A stretch of DNA of 64,000 nt from Clostridia bacterium (GTDB taxonomy: Bacteria; Bacillota; Clostridia; UBA1381; UBA9506), in the NCBI GenBank assembly GCA_045648985.1, contig JAZROZ010000027.1, forward strand, positions 80,326-144,325. Direction: 5' to 3'. Below are positions 33,617-40,740 of this stretch, in pieces. A program made the translations under genes and the position numbers. A model generated the notes under the pieces. The model was not told the origin of the DNA. It made no database searches and saw only the letters and a program-made list of their open reading frames with translations. Position 1 is the first letter of the stretch. The number at the start of each line of letters is the position of its first letter.

Positions 33617-33889
33617 CCGAAAGAGAGTAATTCGAACCCGCCTAAAACGGCGAAATTTTGGCATCTTTCGGGTTATCATCTTCGCAAGGCACGAAGCATT
33701 GCTTCATCTTCTGCACCAAAATCTGATCAAAATTTCGTTTGTTTTAGATCGATAGAATTTTTAAAGTGCAGATTTTTGATTGCGAAAGGCAAAAACGCAG
33801 GTAATCCTGACGGATTACCGGGTATTTTAACACATCGAAAGCGAAAATCTGCCTCTAAAAATCGGAGTTCGGATTATTCTCTTTCGGTT
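33615..33889. mobile_element. MITE-like 275-nt element with 23-nt terminal inverted repeats and no ORF
   Basis: AACCGAAAGAGAGTAATTCGAAC (33615-33637) versus the reverse complement of 33867-33889, AACCGAAAGAGAATAATCCGAAC (21/23). The interior forms two long hairpins. It fills the only large gap in the spoIIIA operon. Confidence 0.6.
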
Positions 33890-33906
33890 AGGCATGGAGG
33901 AACGAA

Positions 33907-34101
33907 ATGGGAGTAGAACTTATTTTTAAAATAGCGGCGATAGGAATTGTAGTGAGTGTGTTAAATCAGGTTTTGGTGCGTGCGGGCAGAGAAGAACAGG
34001 CGATGCTCACAACCTTAGCAGGCCTCATTGTCGTATTACTTATAATCGTCAACGAGATAAGCTATCTCTTTGAAACAATCAAAAATGTGTTTGGTTTGTA
34101 G
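33907..34101 (+). CDS. spoIIIAC: Stage III sporulation protein AC
   Basis: 64 aa, two TM helices, FKIAAIGIVVSVLNQVL..GREEQA typical of SpoIIIAC. Confidence 0.85.
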   Translation: MGVELIFKIAAIGIVVSVLNQVLVRAGREEQAMLTTLAGLIVVLLIIVNEISYLFETIKNVFGL

Positions 34102-34128
34102 TATTCATCGGAAAGGATTACAGAAGAT

Positions 34129-34512
34129 ATGGACATTTTTAAAATTACAGCGGTAGCGGTGGTTGGAGCAGTATTTTCACTCATTTTAAAGGAGTACAAG
34201 CCGTCTTTTGCCATTTGTATCGGGATAATCTGTGCCTTGATTATTTTTGTGGAGATACTGCAGAGAATAAATTACATTTTTACAACACTTTCCTTGATAG
34301 CGGGGAAGTTAAGCTTTAGTAACGAATATATGGAAACTATCATAAAAATCACAGGTGTATCCTATATAGCGCGCTTTGGCACGGAGATTTGCCGTGATGC
34401 AGGAAGCGGCGCAGTTGCAACTAATGTGGAAATTGCGGGAAAGATTATCATAGTAATACTGAGTTTGCCTGTGCTCGTATCGGTTGTTAATCTTCTTTTG
34501 GGATTATTATGA
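34129..34512 (+). CDS. spoIIIAD: Stage III sporulation protein AD
   Basis: 127 aa polytopic protein, MDIFKI..VVGAVFSLILKEYKP.., called by position. Confidence 0.85.
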   Translation: MDIFKITAVAVVGAVFSLILKEYKPSFAICIGIICALIIFVEILQRINYIFTTLSLIAGKLSFSNEYMETIIKITGVSYIARFGTEICRDAGSGAVATNVEIAGKIIIVILSLPVLVSVVNLLLGLL

Positions 34513-35630
34513 AAACGCGGTGGGCAGCGCCCATCAGAATTTGTCTTTTTGTTATAGTTATCTTTATTACAAGTTCCTTTTCGGCTACCGCTCAGTCAAT
34601 AAATGAGGACATTTTAAAAGGTGTAGCCGATACGATAGATTTATCGGGAACAAACTTTGATTTTTATGATGAAGCACACAAAATCGTGACAGGAAAAAGC
34701 TCTTTTGATGCAAACAATATTTTCTCGGAGATAATTAATCTGCTTTTTTCTGAGATAAAAGAAAATCTACATTTACTAACAAAGGTAGCGGCGCTTTGCA
34801 TCATATCGGGTATGCTTGGTGTTATCGTGGGCGAAGATGCATCACAGGTGTGTTTTCTTGCGTGTCTTATACTGATTACAACAATGTCCGTTACTGTTTT
34901 GAAAAACGTCATTGGTACGGCTGAGGTGGCAATAGACAATCTTATGATTTTCGTGCAATCACTTCTGCCTGCAATAAGTGCTCTTGGGTTGGGCTCAAAT
35001 ATGACGTCTGCTATCAGCTTTCATCCGTCGCTTTTTATATCAATACAGATTATAATATTTGCCTGCAGACAGTGGTTTTTGCCTATGACACTTTTTATTT
35101 CGGTGCTGTCTGTAATAAACAGTATGACATCGCATTTTCATATTACGAAGCTTTTAGAAACCTGCCGTCTTTTCATAAAATGGGGGCTTGGCATTTTAAT
35201 GACCATTTATATCGCATTTTTGGGAATTTGCGGTTTTGGTCAGGCAGTGCAGGCAGGAGCAGTTTCAAAAACTGTAAAATATGCAATATGTAATTTCATA
35301 CCAATGGTTGGCGGTGTGCTTTCAGAGTCGGCAGAGTCCGTTCTCTCGGGACTTTATCTTATAAAAAACGCAGTGGGAATAGCAGGGATTTTAGCGATTT
35401 TAGCAATAGTCATAGGACCGCTTTTTAACGTTTTGGCAACGTCAATTATTTTCAGGCTTGCCGCAAGCATTTGTGAGCCGGCAGCAGACAAGAGGGTTAC
35501 AAAGGTAATATCAGACTTAGCAGGAAACGTATCGCTTGTTTTTTCAATTTTATTAATGATTTGCGTGATGTTTATAATAAGTATAGCGATGCTTTTGACA
35601 CTTTCAAGCATACCAATTATGATGAGGTAA
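34509..35630 (+). CDS. spoIIIAE: Stage III sporulation protein AE
   Basis: Signal peptide plus about 7 TM helices, 373 aa, overlaps the AD stop. Confidence 0.8.
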   Translation: MKTRWAAPIRICLFVIVIFITSSFSATAQSINEDILKGVADTIDLSGTNFDFYDEAHKIVTGKSSFDANNIFSEIINLLFSEIKENLHLLTKVAALCIISGMLGVIVGEDASQVCFLACLILITTMSVTVLKNVIGTAEVAIDNLMIFVQSLLPAISALGLGSNMTSAISFHPSLFISIQIIIFACRQWFLPMTLFISVLSVINSMTSHFHITKLLETCRLFIKWGLGILMTIYIAFLGICGFGQAVQAGAVSKTVKYAICNFIPMVGGVLSESAESVLSGLYLIKNAVGIAGILAILAIVIGPLFNVLATSIIFRLAASICEPAADKRVTKVISDLAGNVSLVFSILLMICVMFIISIAMLLTLSSIPIMMR

Positions 35631-35633
35631 ATT

Positions 35634-36098
35634 ATGGATTATTTAAAAGAATATGCAGGGAATATTATTATAATATCGGTGCTTAGCACAGTTTTTCAGA
35701 TTATAATACCTGATGGCAAACAGAAAAAGTATGTCACAGTTGTTATAGGGCTTATAGTGATGCTTGTTGTGATGGAGCCGCTTGGGATGATAGCTGCTAT
35801 AAAGGATAATTTTTTTGAAGTTCCGCGTTTTGAATTTGAAACATCAAATGAATCTTTAGAAAAAAGTCTTGTAGCAGATAGGTTTGAGATAAATCTGGCA
35901 GATAAAATTATAGAAAAGGTCAGGCTTGATACGGGAGCGGAAATAAGCTGTCAAATCAAAACTGAAAGAAATGAAAAAGGGGAAATAATGAACTTTGAAA
36001 AAGTGGAAATAAGTCCATACAAAAAGGAAACGGCAAAATATATAGGGGATGAGTTTGGCATAGATGAAAGTGTTATAGAAGGGGAAGAAAATGATTAA
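35634..36098 (+). CDS. spoIIIAF: Stage III sporulation protein AF
   Basis: Two N-terminal TM helices plus a soluble domain. Called by position in the operon. Confidence 0.65.
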   Translation: MDYLKEYAGNIIIISVLSTVFQIIIPDGKQKKYVTVVIGLIVMLVVMEPLGMIAAIKDNFFEVPRFEFETSNESLEKSLVADRFEINLADKIIEKVRLDTGAEISCQIKTERNEKGEIMNFEKVEISPYKKETAKYIGDEFGIDESVIEGEEND

Positions 36099-36600
36099 GA
36101 TAAAAGAGCTTTACGAAAAAATTATGAATACTAAGAGCCTTGCTATCATATTAATTATAGGGGTAGCTTTCCTTATGCTTCCCACTTTTTCGGGTGGAGA
36201 TAATCAAAATAAAGCAAAAAATGAGATTTTAGAATTTGATATTAAAAGGTATGAGTCAGATTTGGAAAAAAAGCTTTCCGATATGCTCTCGCAAATCAGC
36301 GGAGTAGAAAAGACAAGCGTAATGATAACCTTTAAAGACTGTGGCAGAAATGTTTATTCTCAGGATGAGCAACTGGAAAAAAGCGAAACAAATCTAAAGG
36401 GGACATCAAAGCCTGTACTTAAGAACTCATCATCAGGCACGGAAGAGCCGATTCTGATAAAGACAGAGCTTCCCAAAATCGCAGGAGTATTGGTAGTTGC
36501 CCAAGGGGCAGAAGAGGCAAAAGTGAGAGAAAACATTAAAGAGTCGATAAAAGCTGTATTAAATTTGAGCGCAAACAATATAAGTGTTGTCGCAAAATAA
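36091..36600 (+). CDS. spoIIIAG: Stage III sporulation protein AG
   Basis: N-terminal TM helix and C-terminal ..PKIAGVLVVAQGA.. ring-building-motif-like segment. Called by position. Confidence 0.7.
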   Translation: MIKIKELYEKIMNTKSLAIILIIGVAFLMLPTFSGGDNQNKAKNEILEFDIKRYESDLEKKLSDMLSQISGVEKTSVMITFKDCGRNVYSQDEQLEKSETNLKGTSKPVLKNSSSGTEEPILIKTELPKIAGVLVVAQGAEEAKVRENIKESIKAVLNLSANNISVVAK

Positions 36601-36622
36601 CCGAAAGAGAGGAAATATAAAA

Positions 36623-37225
36623 ATGAATTTACTTAACAAAATCAAAGAAAAGAAAAACCCTAAAAAGAACAGAATGATTGTACTGAGGAAAAAACAACTT
36701 GCGGCAATTGCCCTGATGATGCTCGTTGCTGCAGCGGGATATCTGAATCATACATTTAAAAATGATATAGCAGACCCCGATGCCGTAGAGGTATATAATG
36801 AAGCGGCAAAAAAACTGGGTGAAGCGCAGATGGTCAGCACAAACGATGTAGATGAGGCGCAGACAAAATCTGCAAACGGGTATTTTGCAGAAGCTCGTAT
36901 GGAAAAGGAAACAAAAAGAGAAGAGTCTATTGATACTCTTTTGCAGCTTATAGAAAGTGATAGTGCAGACAAAGCTGCAAAGGAAGTCGCGGGAGAGCAG
37001 ATAGAAGAGCTTACTTCATACACTGAAAAAGAAGTGATGATGGAAAATATGATACGAGCTAAAGGTTATAGCGATACAGTTGTGTTTATGGGAGAGAATT
37101 TAGTCAGCATAGCAGTATTCAGCGAAGGACTTAATGATGTTGACGGGGCTATAATTTCAGATATTGCAACAAGTGTGACAGGATATGGTGCGGATAAGAT
37201 TAATATAGTGGAAATCGGCGAGTAG
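36623..37225 (+). CDS. spoIIIAH: Stage III sporulation protein AH
   Basis: ATG at 36623 follows GAGAGGAAA. One TM helix followed by a charged linker and a YscJ-like C-terminal region. Last gene of the operon. Confidence 0.65.
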   Translation: MNLLNKIKEKKNPKKNRMIVLRKKQLAAIALMMLVAAAGYLNHTFKNDIADPDAVEVYNEAAKKLGEAQMVSTNDVDEAQTKSANGYFAEARMEKETKREESIDTLLQLIESDSADKAAKEVAGEQIEELTSYTEKEVMMENMIRAKGYSDTVVFMGENLVSIAVFSEGLNDVDGAIISDIATSVTGYGADKINIVEIGE

Positions 37226-37314
37226 GAGATGTAAAAAATGTACAGACCGCAAAAGGAAAGAGCAATACTTGAAAAAGGCATGTGCAAAATCAGAAGTATT
37301 ATATAGTAAAAGAA

Positions 37315-37339
37315 GAAAAATCGTAAAAATCGATTTTTC
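37315..37339 (+). terminator. Weak AT-rich hairpin after spoIIIAH
   Basis: GAAAAATCG taaaaat CGATTTTTC followed by TTATAAT. Confidence 0.35.
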
Positions 37340-37363
37340 TTATAATATACTTTCTTTTGCTAT

Positions 37364-37455
37364 AAACAAACTTCGCCTCTCGACGTACAAAAGTACGTCT
37401 TCGGGTAACCCCTGCGGGCTCAGTTTGTTCATTCTGAACTATTTTTTCCTATCTC
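37364..37455. repeat. Structured intergenic repeat, family B copy 2
   Basis: The first 46 nt differ at 3 positions from 23052-23097. Outer stem AACAAACT/AGTTTGTT, inner hairpin GACGTAC aaaa GTACGTC. Confidence 0.7.
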
Positions 37456-37486
37456 CTAAAAGCGTGAGGTGTAAAAAATGTCCCTC

Positions 37487-38971
37487 CTATTTAACCTTTC
37501 TTAAATCAACAACATAGCAATCGGAATAATTGAAATTTGTATCAGGATAGACAGGTGTAACCTTTTTTATCCTGATATTTCTTGTGTAGGCACGAGCTGC
37601 TCCCGTCAGCGACCAATCGTGGTGGAAAACAGTTTTTACGTGGTCTTTATACAGACTGACCTGATTTACCTGCGGTGCATCATCTAAAAGCACAGCCACT
37701 TCCTTTTCTCCTGACATAACTTCTTCGGGGAGAGTTTTGCATATCTCACCTAAAAGTAAAGTGTCAAGTGCGTTGGTGCGCTTGTATGTGTCATATTCGT
37801 TTATTGAGGATATTGTAAAAATAAACAGTAGCACCATCAAAAGAACTGTTTGCACAGATTTTTGTGGAATAAGCAGGAATAATATGTCAAGGATAAGGTA
37901 TATTCCAATCATAGCGACAAACATAGTTCTGTATGTTATCCAGACAGGCTCTGTTATAAGGTTTGGCGCAAACACTGCAAAAAACAGAACTATGCCGCAA
38001 AAAGCAAGTGATTTGATATTGCTTTTTGCAAGGAGTTTTCGCTGAGACATAGAAAAAATCTTTCCAATTAAAACGCATACCGCAAAAACAATAAGCAAAT
38101 ATAGTATTCCTGTTATTCTTTTGCTAAGGAGCACATATAGTCCGCCTGCGAAGCCGTCTATGGTCAGTTTGAAAATACCATTTGTCATTATCTCAAAAAG
38201 CTGAGCAAAGAAATCTCCCGCCTGAGAGAAAACCAAAAACATTGAACTGTCCAGAGCGCGCGTTCCCATATGACCTATATTTTGACCGAGCTTCATATAC
38301 AAAAGCAAGGCAAGGAGCATAACAAAAAGACTGACAAACGGAAGCATAAATCGTCTTTGTTGTCTGTTTTTAATCAAAACAAAAAGTGAAGCTAAAAAAC
38401 AGAAAACGGCACACGATTCATATAATGTAAAAGAACAAATCGCACATATTAAAAACACGATATAAAATCTTTTTTTTGCTTCCTTTTCGTATTGTGTAAT
38501 ACTAAGGATTGCAAGGGAGGAAAAGAAAAGTCCCAAAACTATGCGGGAAGATGCCGATATCCACATAGACCCCTCTGAGCCGAGCGGAAAAAAGAGATAA
38601 AATACGGCAAAAATCGGAGAAAGGAAAATATTGTTTTCCTTAGCCGCTTTATAGAATATAACGCACGATAAAAAGTGAAATGCCGCAGATATCATAAACA
38701 TCACACGCGGAAAATCCCATAGCTTTCCCCAGAATACTATATCCAAAAAAGATGCAAGCGGTCTTGTAGCAATTGTTCCTATATCAAAAAGCACATACGC
38801 AGTATCGTTATACATCGGATATCCGCCATATTGGATATAGTCGTCAAGCACATAAAAACAATTAAAGCCATATATCATATATTTTAGAAGAAAAGCAATA
38901 AAAAGAGCACAGAAAAAATAAAACTCATTCTTTTCTGTGTCGTTTATCTTATCTTTTATTTTCTTTAGCAT
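37487..38971 (-). CDS. Polytopic membrane protein, possibly a GT-C-type (GtrII/YfhO-like) glycosyltransferase
   Basis: About 12 predicted TM helices and a DD motif (YVLDDYIQYG) after the first helix. Start moved to ATG 38971, which follows AGAGGTGA; the track start at 39004 overlaps comFC. Confidence 0.45.
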   Translation of the reverse strand: MLKKIKDKINDTEKNEFYFFCALFIAFLLKYMIYGFNCFYVLDDYIQYGGYPMYNDTAYVLFDIGTIATRPLASFLDIVFWGKLWDFPRVMFMISAAFHFLSCVIFYKAAKENNIFLSPIFAVFYLFFPLGSEGSMWISASSRIVLGLFFSSLAILSITQYEKEAKKRFYIVFLICAICSFTLYESCAVFCFLASLFVLIKNRQQRRFMLPFVSLFVMLLALLLYMKLGQNIGHMGTRALDSSMFLVFSQAGDFFAQLFEIMTNGIFKLTIDGFAGGLYVLLSKRITGILYLLIVFAVCVLIGKIFSMSQRKLLAKSNIKSLAFCGIVLFFAVFAPNLITEPVWITYRTMFVAMIGIYLILDILFLLIPQKSVQTVLLMVLLFIFTISSINEYDTYKRTNALDTLLLGEICKTLPEEVMSGEKEVAVLLDDAPQVNQVSLYKDHVKTVFHHDWSLTGAARAYTRNIRIKKVTPVYPDTNFNYSDCYVVDLRKVK

Positions 38972-38976
38972 AGCAA

Positions 38977-39744
38977 TCACCTCTGGATGTTCGGTGTAAT
39001 ACATAATGTTAAAACGGCGACAAATTTAGCGCCGCTTCTTTTTAACAAGCCTGAAATTTCACTTACAGTAGCACCTGTAGTATAAATATCATCAATCAGC
39101 AAAATGGATTTACCCTTGAAACTTATATCTTTATCTATCTTAAAAGCTCCTTTAACAGATAAAAATCGCTCGTTAAAGGAGAGCCTGCTTTGTGGCGGTG
39201 TGTCCTTGATTTTAATGAGCGCACCGCTTTTGTATGGGACATCTAATGCTTTTGAAATATATTTTGCGATAGGTTTAACGTGGTCAAAGCCTCTAGATTT
39301 CTTTCGCTTTTTACTTACAGGCACAGATACTATAACATCAAGATTGGGAATGTACGGGAAGTTTTTGAGATTGGAAACCATTATCTTAGCAAAGGTCCTG
39401 TATTTATAGCGCTGCTCTGAAAATTTATAAGAAAGCAAAGAAGCTCTCATGCTCTTTTCGTAGATTACGCAAGACAAAGCGATGTCGTATTTATAGCGGA
39501 TAACCTGACACGCGGGGCATATGATACTTTCCGAAGCTATGGACCTTGAGCATTTCTTGCAGTTGTTTGAAAAGTTTTTGACAAAACGAAGCTTCTTTCG
39601 GCACCTATCACACACATACTCTTCTTCAAAAAAGCTCTTCTTTACATATAATTCATCGCATATCACACATCTTGGCGGAAAAACAAGCTCAATCAGGAAG
39701 TTATATATAAAGGAAAGAAATTTAAAAAGGAGTCTGATAATCAT
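38977..39744 (-). CDS. comFC: ComF family protein (ComFC-like phosphoribosyltransferase with N-terminal zinc fingers)
   Basis: CxxC pairs (CVIC..CDRC; CKKC..CPAC) and PRTase motif ILLIDDIYTTGATVSE. Confidence 0.8.
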   Translation of the reverse strand: MIIRLLFKFLSFIYNFLIELVFPPRCVICDELYVKKSFFEEEYVCDRCRKKLRFVKNFSNNCKKCSRSIASESIICPACQVIRYKYDIALSCVIYEKSMRASLLSYKFSEQRYKYRTFAKIMVSNLKNFPYIPNLDVIVSVPVSKKRKKSRGFDHVKPIAKYISKALDVPYKSGALIKIKDTPPQSRLSFNERFLSVKGAFKIDKDISFKGKSILLIDDIYTTGATVSEISGLLKRSGAKFVAVLTLCITPNIQR

Positions 39745-39746
39745 AA

Positions 39747-40190
39747 TTAATTATTCTTAAGATGCTCCAACAGTGAGTCGATAGCCATAATGTATCCGTC
39801 TTTTCCGTAACCTGCAATCTGTTTTATGGAGACAGGCGAGACAACACTGATTTTTCTGAAATCTTCGCGGTTATGTATATCGGATAGGTGTACTTCAACT
39901 GTTGGTATTTTAACAGATTCCAAAGCATCACGTATTGCGTAGCTGTAATGAGTAAATGCACCCGGGTTGATTATTATTCCGTCAATTTTTCCGTATGCCT
40001 TATGAATTTTGTCGATTATACATCCCTCGTGGTTTGACTGAAAGCAAAAAAGCCTGCTGTTTTTTGTTTTGGCATAGCTTAAGACTTCCTTTTCTATATC
40101 CTTTAAAGTTGTACTGCCGTAAACTGCGGGATTTCGCACACCAAGCATATTCAGATTAGGACCGTTTATAAGCAGAATTTTCGTTTTCAT
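39747..40190 (-). CDS. aroQ: Type II 3-dehydroquinate dehydratase
   Basis: LINGPNLNMLGVRNPAVYG, NPGAFTHYS, VEVHLSDIHNREDFR. Confidence 0.92.
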   Translation of the reverse strand: MKTKILLINGPNLNMLGVRNPAVYGSTTLKDIEKEVLSYAKTKNSRLFCFQSNHEGCIIDKIHKAYGKIDGIIINPGAFTHYSYAIRDALESVKIPTVEVHLSDIHNREDFRKISVVSPVSIKQIAGYGKDGYIMAIDSLLEHLKNN

Positions 40191-40325
40191 AATGAATTCC
40201 TACCTTAATAATATTATATAGGCTATATCTTACCACATCTTTAATTAAATATCAACATCTTTAAAGGCAGATGGCATAATTTTTTTGGAAGCTTTCAAAA
40301 TTTACATAAAAGTACAAAATTTTAC

Positions 40326-40354
40326 TTGACAACTTGACAAAATAATATTAAAAT
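40326..40354 (+). promoter_or_regulatory. Putative distal sigma-A promoter upstream of the S-layer gene
   Basis: TTGACA, 17 nt, TAAAAT. A second TTGACA lies 8 nt downstream. Confidence 0.45.
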
Positions 40355-40578
40355 AATAGAGTAAGTTTATGTGTTAAATGTATGATGACGTATTTAATGC
40401 ACATTAACGTACTTAAAAGCTCTTGTTTTTCATGTTTTTGCGCTGGAAATAGTCCCAAGAATCGTGAAAACGTCTAAAATAGCGAAAGTGTTTTTGGCAA
40501 TAATGCACAATTTGTGCGTTTACATATAGATTTGAATGGCAGTTGTTTTACATTTTTATTACAACTGCAAATTTAGCA

Positions 40579-40607
40579 TTGACTATCTGGAAAACACGTG
40601 ATATAAT
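40579..40607 (+). promoter_or_regulatory. Proximal consensus sigma-A promoter of the S-layer gene
   Basis: TTGACT, 17 nt, TATAAT. Predicts a leader of about 127 nt before the ATG at 40741. Confidence 0.65.
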
Positions 40608-40740
40608 CAATGCATAATCAAGATGGGTGTTTTCCATCACAAGTGTGTTTCTCGTTTTTGAAAGAGGAACGACTAACACGCAACTACATAACTCTTTCGT
40701 TAAAAAATAAAAATTATTATAAGGGAGGATTTGAGAAACT

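Noticed and set aside
33758-33862. A c-di-GMP (GEMM-I-like) or other known riboswitch in the right half of the spoIIIA insert, suggested by AAAGGCAAAAACGCAGG.
   Set aside because: Only a short resemblance to the GGCAAA/ACGCA segments. The conserved GEMM helices and tetraloop-receptor layout are not reproduced, and the terminal inverted repeats favour a MITE-like origin.
37269-37517. An 82-aa ORF on the + strand in the spoIIIAH downstream spacer.
   Set aside because: It reads straight through the family B repeat and the 16-nt direct repeat and has no SD. It is an artefact of repeat sequence.
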